Positions 51,283 to 61,441 of a stretch of DNA of 64,000 nt are shown here, piece by piece (the stretch's first letter is position 1; every line of letters starts with the position of its first letter). Source of the DNA: Tetramitus jugosus (Eukaryota; Protista; Heterolobosea); the NCBI GenBank assembly GCA_937625935.1, contig OW569378.1, positions 393,454-457,453 on the forward strand, in the 5' to 3' direction. A model generated the notes under the pieces. The model did not search any database. It was not told the origin of the DNA and worked only from the letters and a program-made list of their open reading frames with translations. The translations under genes and the position numbers were made by a program.

Positions 51283-53625
51283 TTAATTAGTTGTCTTCAT
51301 TTCTATGCCTTGTTCCAAGTCATGTACTTTGGTTGATTTTCTTCTTTTCTTTACTGCAAAGAAGCAAACGACTGCAATTGCTAAAGCAACACACAAACTC
51401 AATAATGCAACGCCGCCTCCTACACCACCAACTACACCACCAATAATGGAACCCTTGCGGTTGGAATCCTTGTTTACCATTGTAAAGTTAATTCTGCTGC
51501 TTTGCTCTGACGATTGCTCCTGGCCAGCATTGACCCAAGCGGTAAAGCTCGGGCTTTGGCGGCTGCCATCATGCACAAACTGTATTTCACCGTTATTAAT
51601 TTGCTGCTGCGTAAATTGGGTAATGGCCTTATCTGGCTCATTTATCTGCTGAAATCTACCATGTTGCACTTCGATTACCATATAAACCAATTCGTCAGGT
51701 GATGTCTCACCATAACTAGCTTGGAACTGCGCTGAACTAAGCACCACGGTTTCCCCTTGTCTAATCGAAAACTCGATTTTAACCAACCACGGTGGCCGCG
51801 ATACACTACTGGATTGTACTGGAGATGCAGTGGGTTCAATTATACTTGGCTCATAAGGAGTATCACTGTTGGATTGCACTGGAGATGCAGTGAGTTCGGG
51901 TTCTATCATACTTGATTCAGCCGGAAAATCACTGCTGAAAAGAGACGAGCTCTGTAAAGCTAAGGTAAAGTAGATGGTAGCCATTTGTGGTACTGTGCTT
52001 AAATAACCATTACTCACGCTAATAAGGTAACTGGGCTCTTGAATACTGCCATCATGTACAAACTGGATCTCACCTACTATGAGCGCTTGCTGAGTAAAGT
52101 TAGTGATTGCGATGCCAGGGTGCGTGACCAGTTCAAACTGACAGTATTCAGCGTCACTGACCTCAAACAACAAGCTATTGTTAGCCACTATACTATCTGA
52201 GGCATTCAATAAGATGTTGTTAAACACCAATGATTCACCTTGATATATAGTTAATGGCTGTTGGCTGAGCGTGGGCGTCTGGTACCATGCCCCATCAAAG
52301 CGCTGGGCATAAATGCCAAGCATGTCCTGGTCATTGCTTTGCCAGCTGACTACAAAACGACCATCATTTAAGGATGAGATGGCCGGAAGTTGCTGATTAT
52401 CGGTAGTATAGGTATTAATCATAAATTCATTGCCATGAGGTGAACCATTTGAATCAAATCTCTGAGAATAAACACCAGCACCATTGCTATTCCAAGTGAC
52501 GACAAAACCACCATCACTTAAACCAATGATAGCTGGATTGGTCTGTGTCCCGGTGATGGTATTGACCCGAAACTCACTACCTTGTGCAACACCAGATGCA
52601 TCGTAGCGCTGCGCATATATACTATCACCGTCGCCATCTTGGCCACTGCTCTGCCAGACGATGACAAATCCTCCATCATTTAAGCTGGCAATATCAGGCG
52701 ATTGCTGATCATTGGAGGTAAATGTATTGACCTGAAACTCACTACCTTGTTTCACTGCTGAATCACTAAAGCGCTGGGCATAAATACCATTACCGTCGCC
52801 ATCTTGGCCACTGCTCTGCCAGACGATAACAAAACCACCAGCACTTAAACTGCTGATGGCGGGATATTGCTGATTTCCAATGGTGTTGGTATTGATCAGA
52901 AAGTCACCGCCATACGCGCCACCATTGGAGGTAAAGCGCCTCGCATAAATACTAAAACCATTACCCGCATGAGCACTTTCCCATATGACAATAATATTAC
53001 CGTTACTTAAACAGGCAAGTGCTGAATTTTGCTGGTCGCCACTCGAAAAGACATTAACTAGATAATCATTAGACCCCTGTGATGATACACCTGAAGCATC
53101 GAAACGCTTCATGAGAATGCTATTAGCACTACCATCTGAAGGGCCTTCCCAGCTGATGACAAAACCTCCATTCTTTAGAGCACTAATGGCTGGATTTTGT
53201 TGGTTACTGGTTGGATCGGTATTGACTCGAAACTGGCTGCCTCGAGTAGTTCCATCAACCGTAAAGAGCTGTGCATAAATGCCATCACCACTACCATCCT
53301 GGCCATTACTTTGCCAGGTGATAGCAAAGTCTCCATTGGCTAAGGTACAAATAGCAGATGACTGTTGATTATCAGTGGTATAGGTATTGACTTGGAAGGC
53401 GTTCCCCAGGGGATAGTTAACAAACAACTGTTCCTGGATACGTCTCATGACACTAATCTTTGGCTGCTCACGTAGCAATGGTAATAAATCTGTCATGGCA
53501 GTGTTCACAGTTGTTGTGGAACCAAAAGTCACAGGATTCTTGATACCAATCAATGCAACTATAGAAAACAACGACAGTGTTACTAATATTAAAAGTGAAG
53601 TGCTGTTCCTTCGACGCTTCTCCAT
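51283..53625 (-). CDS. Surface protein with ~7 bacterial-type repeats, two cadherin-like/CSPG domains and a C-terminal TM segment
   Basis: Repeats of EFQVNTxTxxxQxxPxIxxLxxGGFVIVWQSxGQDGxGxGIYAQRF; two FTQQxxxxGEIQFVHDGS motifs; N-terminal hydrophobic segment; GGVVGGVGGGVALLSLC TM followed by KKRRK. Confidence 0.8.
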   Translation of the reverse strand: MEKRRRNSTSLLILVTLSLFSIVALIGIKNPVTFGSTTTVNTAMTDLLPLLREQPKISVMRRIQEQLFVNYPLGNAFQVNTYTTDNQQSSAICTLANGDFAITWQSNGQDGSGDGIYAQLFTVDGTTRGSQFRVNTDPTSNQQNPAISALKNGGFVISWEGPSDGSANSILMKRFDASGVSSQGSNDYLVNVFSSGDQQNSALACLSNGNIIVIWESAHAGNGFSIYARRFTSNGGAYGGDFLINTNTIGNQQYPAISSLSAGGFVIVWQSSGQDGDGNGIYAQRFSDSAVKQGSEFQVNTFTSNDQQSPDIASLNDGGFVIVWQSSGQDGDGDSIYAQRYDASGVAQGSEFRVNTITGTQTNPAIIGLSDGGFVVTWNSNGAGVYSQRFDSNGSPHGNEFMINTYTTDNQQLPAISSLNDGRFVVSWQSNDQDMLGIYAQRFDGAWYQTPTLSQQPLTIYQGESLVFNNILLNASDSIVANNSLLFEVSDAEYCQFELVTHPGIAITNFTQQALIVGEIQFVHDGSIQEPSYLISVSNGYLSTVPQMATIYFTLALQSSSLFSSDFPAESSMIEPELTASPVQSNSDTPYEPSIIEPTASPVQSSSVSRPPWLVKIEFSIRQGETVVLSSAQFQASYGETSPDELVYMVIEVQHGRFQQINEPDKAITQFTQQQINNGEIQFVHDGSRQSPSFTAWVNAGQEQSSEQSSRINFTMVNKDSNRKGSIIGGVVGGVGGGVALLSLCVALAIAVVCFFAVKKRRKSTKVHDLEQGIEMKTTN

Positions 53626-53793
53626 TCTTTTGTTGTTTTTTGTTCTTCCTGTGGGGTATTTGGATGACACACTATGTATGGGTAATCAGTGTGTGGAACA
53701 TCGCTCAAGAATTTTTCTGTCGTCATCCGTCATCGGGTTTTCAGTGTTCGAATCTCTGTCATTGCGAACACTGGATCTTTCTTGTTTTGTAAA

Positions 53794-53837
<44 letters not shown>

Positions 53838-54769
53838 TAGTACCTTTTGGATTCTGATAGTATCTAAAAGTCGTTCTGTTCTAATCTCGTGTTGGTATCG
53901 AACGGTGACGGTATCTAATCATCTTCTATCACTTAACTTTCGTCCTTGCAGACACGCTCTGGATCACAACTACTTTCGCATTACAGCTTGGATGAGTTTG
54001 GCGTACTTCTTGTTGTGGTGCCCATAGAATCGGATGAATTTCCACATGTCAAGAATCCACAAAGTTGGAAGGAAGCTCTCCATATTGATTGTTCGAAACG
54101 CAGTAGAACAAATGAACATCCAATAAACCATCATGGTGTCGGGATGATCTAGTTCAACATATGACTGAGAATAATGGTAGGCAGAAGTGGACAGGTTCTG
54201 ACTATCGAAGTAGGGATACGAATATGGGAATGAAGCAATGTAGATGATTCAATCATACCTGTATATGAACATGAATAATGATCACTTTGTTTAATAGGGT
54301 TAATTTAACAGTTATTGAACAAATATACCACTGGTCAATCAATTTTCATGTATTGTGTTGTGTATCTTACACGAACAGAAGTTGTTAATCTTCATAATTT
54401 AAGAGTTTAATGAATACGCAACGAGAGTATACACAACAATACCCATCCCATCAGATGGTACCACCACAACTCTGAAGACACAAAGAATTGGAGACTGTTG
54501 ATTGTTATCGACCTGGTAAGTTTGTTTACTTACTACAAATGAGAGTAGTGTACAATTACAGTCACAATACTATTGTTAACTGTTTTTGGAACCTTCCATA
54601 CATAATGATAGCCCTGAGCTCGATCTGGGACTCTCTGTTGTACCTCTTATCCAGGATTCTTTGTTATCTCTTTAAGTCATTGTTAAGCAAAGGACAGACT
54701 TTGAACTTTCAATTGCCGTACTTCCTGATTAATGATCTGAATAACTATCTGATGAAGTCACCCATTTCA

Positions 54770-55860
54770 GGTCAATGTTTCGTTCTTCCTTGAGAAGAGA
54801 ACAGTCATAAAATCTCTTTCTCTGAGGCTCAGAAGGTGGGTGTCCTTGCCCTTCTGGACTCTCTTTTGCTTGGATGAGCCATCTTGTTCTTGGAAAATCG
54901 GGAATGGTTCGGTCCTTGCTTTTGAACCATTTTCGCCCCTATGCTTTTTTCTCTCTTGTTGTTTTCTTTTGTTCAATTTTTTAGTTTTTGAACGAAATAA
55001 ATCTTCACGAGTTCCGTCCCTTCGTTTTACTAACAGATTTTTTTTCGTAAACGCATCCCAGTAACTTGTCAGTAGTGGTAACAACAATGCCAGTGTAACT
55101 GCTGGTTACATGTTCAATGATGACGCACCAATGACTGCAGGTGTCGCCTAAGAAAATCTGGTCCCTTGAGTGTTGGTTATTGAAGAGAATTTTTTCTGCC
55201 CGGATTAGCTGACCCATATTTGAAAGTGATGAGTTGGAAAACGAACACCATCATGTTGCCCATGTTCTTGAGCATCGGTTTAGTATAAACTTGCAAGACA
55301 TTCGGTTAGATTCTGCATATTTAGTAGGTCTTGCAGTTTGTACTAAAGTTCCTTGTGTTGATGCTAAGCTGTTGAGTCATTGTATTTGTAATACTCCGAT
55401 AAAACATCAATGTAGAAGTGTGGAATATCATCAACAACAACACAATTCGACAAAGACCCGAGTGTGTACATCAGCAACGTGATTAGTAAATTGACATTTA
55501 TAGTTGATAATACGCAGAAGCATATCAATCTGCCCTTGTTGACAGAGACTGGTCCCAACACATCTCTGAAAGATCAAGATCGTGCATGATTTGGGGGTGC
55601 GAAACAAAAAGACAATGTCCAAGTATTTGGATGAATTTTCGAAAAACATCCGTAAATAAGCATTTTTTCATTTTTTCACTTTCATGCCCCAACAATATCC
55701 CAATCAGACCTGATATGCAATTGAAAAGAATATACTTCTGTAGATACCATCGTTTCGGATACACTATCATGGAACTTGTAAGATTGAATCCTTCTTATGG
55801 AGTAATTCAATTGAACAAGTATTGAAGGTATTAGAGACTGATCGAGCTTTTTACGAACTT
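54770..55860 (-). mobile_element. Decayed MULE-like transposase with SWIM-like finger (pseudogene)
   Basis: Across frameshifts: NTFNT...GFNLTSSMIV, PQIMHDLDLSE and FLGDTCSHWCVII, in MULE-then-SWIM order; many stops. Confidence 0.35.
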
Positions 55861-56970
55861 GAAAAATACTACTGTCGTTGCAGATTCAACTTCAAAAAAA
55901 AAAGAGTGCGCTGAGTGATGGCGCCTCCTCCAGCCGTGATGTGCGAATTTTCATGGTGGTACAATTGTTAGAAAGAAACGGTTATGAACCATCAGCTTTT
56001 ATTGATTTGAACCGATATTGGAGACTCCAACAATATCATTTTGTCGCCATATCAACCAGTTGGTTCTTGGTTGCGCCATTGGAAATCAGGGTACCTTTTT
56101 TTTCTCTAAAGTGTCAGCTTCTATTTAAATAAAGTACTACAGGGAAAGGGTGGTTGGTGATGATGGTTCGTTCAATGACCAAGTAGTAAGAGATATAGTG
56201 GCAATGATAAAAAATCGTGATAGTAACTTGTAATTCCAATTTTATTGTTTTTATTCTATTGTTTGTTGTTGAATTACATGTGTATTGAATTACTTGTTTT
56301 CTTTGGTTGGTTCCATCCTTTGATGTTGTTGTTGTTGTTGAGAATTCGTCAAGTGATGATGATTGTGAGAATGATGTGGAGGATGGATGGTCGTCTACAT
56401 TCATGTCCATCACCTGTGTAGCGTGATCGTAATGTTGGTTGTTGGTGATGACCATGATGTGTTGACTGTTATTGTTGTTCCTCGTACTACTACTTGTACA
56501 CAGCTATATTCATCTCTGTCGTCATCATCATTTCACTTATATCTGATGGTGTACTACGTTGTTGTTGTTGTTGATTGGATAACTCATCGTTCAACATTTC
56601 ATTATGAACATTGTTCACTGTTGTATCCATGTTGATGTTTCATGGTTACTGTAGCTGTCGTTGTTGTGATCCTGGTTGAGTAGTTGTTGTGGTTGTGACG
56701 TGAAGTTGTTGGATGTTTTTTGGTTAGTTGTTGTTTGGGTTTGGTTTGCGTTGGTGAAAATGAAACGGTGTTTGGTTAGCAACGTTCAAATGCCCCACAA
56801 ATTTGTTTGTTTTGTGGTGACAAAAAAAACGACCTCCCTAAAGAAGCAAACAAAACACAAAGCAAACAAAACACTCCTGCTAAGAAGAATAAACCACCAT
56901 CAACGTCTTCAAACACTCCAACCAAGTCATCAAGACAACGAAAGAAGAATAGGTATGTAACTATGATGCG

Positions 56971-57560
56971 TCAAAGCAAGTAGAGGACGTGCTGAGCATA
57001 CGTCTTTTTGATGACTGCAGAAGCCCGGTGTGTGCGTCTGTTGTATTGTCTGTAGGCGTGAGTTAATGCTGTGAGTGCCCATTGTGTGCGTTCATTGTAC
57101 AATATGTACAGACCACAAACAACAAACACACAACCAGTGAGAAGAGCGTGATTGTGACTGAATTCATTGTTCAACGACCTACATGTCTTAATAAAGCTAT
57201 TAACATGATCCACCACAATCTGTTCTCTTCTTGTTAATCACGTTTTTGTCCTTCCTATCCCATCGATGCTGACCAGAGGAGGGCTTCTGGATCATATGCG
57301 CTGTTCCGTCAACAACAAATATGACTCTTTCACCAAATTCTGAAGAAAGTATTGAATATCTGGGGTACTGCACTATCCCATATAGGGTTTGTAGTATTTG
57401 ATTCTCGAATGTCAAGCAGAGACTTCCATTCCATACTGAGTTCATACTCTCTCAAAGCACTCACGATCGTATCAAATTCATTTCTGCTGAGATACAGCAA
57501 TTGCTTGAATTGACGATCTGTTGTTTTGTCAGTTTCATTTTGTTTGTTGAATGTTTTAGT
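56971..57560 (-). mobile_element. Harbinger/ISL2EU-type DDE transposase pseudogene
   Basis: DRQFKQLLYLSRNEFDTIV (HTH), FVVDGTAHMIQKPS (first catalytic D), and NSFIKTCRSL...VFVVCGLY (C-terminal helix), spread over three frames. Confidence 0.6.
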
Positions 57561-57588
57561 TGACCAACGCAAAAAAAAACCACAAACA

Positions 57589-58740
57589 ATGTTCACAACA
57601 GATATCACCGCTGCTCTTATGAGTGTTCGTTTGAGCTCTTCAACTGTCACGACTCCATCATTACCATCATCACCTACACAACCATCACTCTCGACACTAC
57701 AAAATCAATCAACTGGATCACAGATCCTCGACGATGTCTTGGGCTTCCCATCTGATGATGATCAGTTGGAAACCGTGAGTGCCTCAAAATCTTCTGTCAA
57801 ACCTCGACAGGCCGTCGTACGAATCAATCAAAAATGGTCGCGAATTCTATGTTCCGCATATGTGATGTGTGATATGAGTATGGACTCATTATTTAGGGAA
57901 AGTCGGGTGAAGGATGTCATGTCCCAAAGAAAGCAATGGAGGAAAAAACTAAGAAGATAGTTAGCGATGATGCAATCCGAACCAAGATCCAAACGCACAT
58001 CTACTCTAAGAACACCACCCGAAACGAGAAGAAAGGAAACAGAGTTGGAACAAAGAAGAGATCGGTAATTATAGCCCATATAGGCGAAGATTTATCTGAT
58101 GACGACGAAGATGTGGAACCAGATATGGTTCGACCGCTCAATGAGGTGGAACAATTGTTAGACGATGGAGAAGCGGATCATTTGTCATCCGCAACTGATA
58201 GCAAAAGGAGAAATCTAATACCCGAATACGAAACGAAGCAATCGCGGAGAAACAAGCAGAGAAAATTTCTCAACTATATAAACCCAAAACCCAGAGAGGT
58301 ACCCATTGCAAGATGAGCTAAAGCACGCGTAGAGTACTTCTTTTCCCTCAGTTTGTTTCTTTTCTAAAAATTACATATTAATTAAAATATTTGATTCTTA
58401 TTTATCTCTTGCAGAATTCTGATTTGCTTAAAGCACTTCCTTCGGTTATCAAAATCATTATCCCATATTTCATATTTGGGAGAAACTTGCTTAAATGTGG
58501 CACTTGCTGAGGGGATGTCCATGAACCTTTCAGATGTTAGTTCCAATTGGAGTTGTTCAAATTGTTTCAAAAACAAAGTTCCTCAACATACTTATACGTT
58601 CATAAGGAGCAATCTTTTTTTCGAAAGGAAAGTTCATCAAGAGAACGGCTCTCACTGAACAAGATGGACAAAAAGTCTTCCAGCCTGTCAAAAGAATGGC
58701 AAAGACAAGAACAAAGAATGACTTGGCTCCCAGTCACATC
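57589..58740 (+). pseudogene. Frameshifted ORF with PHD-finger remnant, divergent from the transposase
   Basis: LLKCGTC*GDVH and WSCSNC fragments at about 58485-58570; long frameshifted ORFs 57589-58316. Confidence 0.35.
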
Positions 58741-58930
58741 ATCAATTAGCAATCAAAATCGTTGACAGAACGAATTCAAGCTTGACTGCTGAGCTTCGAC
58801 TGGCACCCAACACTCAATATCTCTTGAAATGTTCAACTTAACATTATGGTTGTTGTTTGACTTGTGGTTGTGGAACTATAGGCCAAACATGTGATTTCCG
58901 TTGGGTTTCAGTTGGGTTTCGCATATCTGG

Positions 58931-59073
58931 TGACTCGTAAACGGGCCGTACATGACTACTTTTTTACTATGGCCCGTAAAAAAATGGACTTTAAGGGCTG
59001 CCTAAAAAATGCTTTTACCACGGCCCGTTGACGTGCCACCTATTCTATGTAGCCCGTTTCTGTTTATGAGACA
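58931..59073. repeat. MITE-like element with imperfect terminal inverted repeats and internal GCCCGT motifs
   Basis: Left end TGACTCGTAAACGGGCCGTACAT; right end reverse-complemented TGTCTCATAAAC...AAACGGGCTACAT; four GCCCGT/ACGGGC copies. Confidence 0.35.
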
Positions 59074-59646
59074 ATTCACTAAGTTGTCCTTAGATTTAAA
59101 TATTTTCAAGTTGGTATCTGCAGGTAGTTTTACCAATTTCAAAAACAAACATGCCAAGACCTAACGAAATACCTAACGAAATTCCTATATACATTATTAT
59201 TATTCTTTATTGTTCAACAAGGATTTTCTCGTGCAAAGTAGATTCTCTATTGAATTTTCTTCAAGGTTTTCTACCAGGGTTCCAACAGACAAATTTTCGT
59301 GGTGGATATTCATTCCTTCTCAATTACGATGGTGCTTCGTAAAAGAAAAATTGGTACGTAAAAAATTTACATTTTTACGTACATATATGTATACCCTCCT
59401 CCAATCAACTTTTGGATTTTGTAAACGGAAAAAACTAATATAAAAATTAATCGCAAAATATTCCAATCAAAAATTCAAGGTGATAGATAACATCGTACAG
59501 TCAAGAGAACTGTGGGAAAAGAAATACAATAGATCCGAAGTGTTAAACGTGACAGGAGAAATTTACAATACAACCTGGCTGTGTTCAGCTCACTACCAGA
59601 GTTTTTCTTCAAACAAAAGTCAAGGCATTTAGATGTTACCAAGGAC

Positions 59647-60420
59647 TCAGTTCTTGATTTCTTGTTGCCAGGATGTGTAGATCCGGAATGTTTCCGTCTC
59701 CATGATAACAAAAGCGGTGTGGTGCTTCTTGAGCACATTGTTGACCTTTGTTGTGCCGAGCATGTCCTTGATGTCGTCCTCCGACTTACCTTTGACACCA
59801 TGGAGGACGACCTTCTTGGCACAATCAATGTTGTGCTTGAGTGCTGCCTTGCAGCCACTCACCTTCTTGAAGGTTTCAACAAATGGGTAAATGTTGTCAT
59901 CAACCCATGCAACAAACTTCTTGGGGCCTTTCTTGATGACTTGGACCCTGGTGAGCCATTCACCAAAATCCGAGCCAATCCTCTTGGCCAAGGCAGCCTT
60001 GGGAGAGTCATTACACTTTCCAGTGATGATGACCTCCTTGCTGCTTGGTGCGGTCCCTCTTGGGGTTGTGGTGCACATAGCGTGGGTTCTCAGACTCACG
60101 AACAGCAGGGGTGTGAGTTTTTTTTCTTTCACTAGTGTAAATCGGGCATGGTATAGGGGTCCCGAATAAAGTGATGGTTTGGGTGCTCCCTCTGACATCG
60201 AAGAATTCATCCACATGCTTAAAACGCTCCCTATCCTCTTTAGAACTAGTCTTGATGAATTCCTCTTGGTCTACAATGAAGCCTTTATCCCAACCATCGT
60301 CCTGCAAGAGTGATGGCTTGAATTTTGCCAAGTTAGTAGTACCTGATGAGGAAGTTGCCTTACAAAAGGTAGACACTCTACCTTGTGTCCTTGAATTTCT
60401 TGGCCAGTAAACTTTTTTTC
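59647..60420 (-). pseudogene. Frameshifted multi-RRM-like ORF (possibly non-LTR retrotransposon ORF1)
   Basis: GQEIQGHKVECLPF, KEVIITG...KFVAWVD and KKVVLHGV...EDDIKDML...TAFVIME segments resemble RRM strands; frameshifts present. Confidence 0.3.
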
Positions 60421-61441
60421 ATTATTGTTTTTGTATTACTCAAAGGACAACCATACATACAGTAATTGTTTTTTGGACAGTTTGTGGTAGTTGTTGTTGG
60501 AGTCCTGTGACAAGAAGGTGATGAGAGCTAAACGATCTGATGACGAATAGGAAAAACGATCATCATCGAAACTCATGTTAAAGAACAAATTCAATTTAAC
60601 ATTATTTGTGTTTCCATCACTGTACATGGCATAACACTGTGTAGTATCTCTCAACTAAGTGAGTGGCAGAATACGCTTCCTCTCATAAAAAATCTTTTTC
60701 AACTTGCTGTTCTTCTCACCTTGCCTTTGAGTGACCAAATCCTGATACTGAGGGTCTTCTTTAAACTTAGTTTCAACTCGGAATCGATTGTCTCTTATCA
60801 TCTTTGTCCATACTTTTGAGAAAGCATTACCAGTATTCTTCGAAGCAGGCCCTAATGAGAGATCTTGAACTTCCTTGGTCATTGATTTGTCTAATTGTTG
60901 ATTTGATAACCTGATATTTTTTTTCATTTGCTTTGGAGGACTGAGTCGTCTGACCAGAGAAACCATTTCTTAGATTTAAGATCAGTCTTAATCAAGCGAT
61001 TCATCTCTTGAATATCCGTTGTATGTATAATTGCAACAGACACTTCAGAGAGTTCATCACCACATAAGTAGCCAAAGAAACCACAACAGCCATTGCATAT
61101 CCACCTTCTTCTCCTTCTTGAAAGTGATTAATAGTAGTAAAGTGATTGGTTACCCATCGATCGTATGGCTTCAAGTGTTCAATGCTTTTCCAACCTACAA
61201 TCTGATCAGAGTTTGAAGGGTTCCATTATTTCTGATTGTATCAATTAACAAGGTGCTAACTACTAGACCACTTCTGCAAGATCTAGTGGAGATAGTCTTG
61301 TCCAAAACTTCCCTGGAATGATTCTTCATTGCGTTGCTCATTGCTTTGTTATCCGATCAGGAGTTCGAAACCCTCCGAATGCATATCTCATCCTTCACCT
61401 ATATGAGGTATGCAATGAGAAGAAAGGAGGTGGTAAAGGAA

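Noticed and set aside
56114-56650. Minus-strand low-complexity gene
   Set aside because: Coding-like composition but frameshifted, with no identifiable domain; at most a pseudogene fragment.
60655-61340. Reverse transcriptase or other retroelement ORF2
   Set aside because: Fragmented frames with no YxDD, endonuclease or zinc-knuckle motif that I can support.
61320-61385. Intact tRNA gene or hammerhead ribozyme
   Set aside because: Only a T-loop/B-box match; no acceptor, D or anticodon stems, and no CUGAUGA core.
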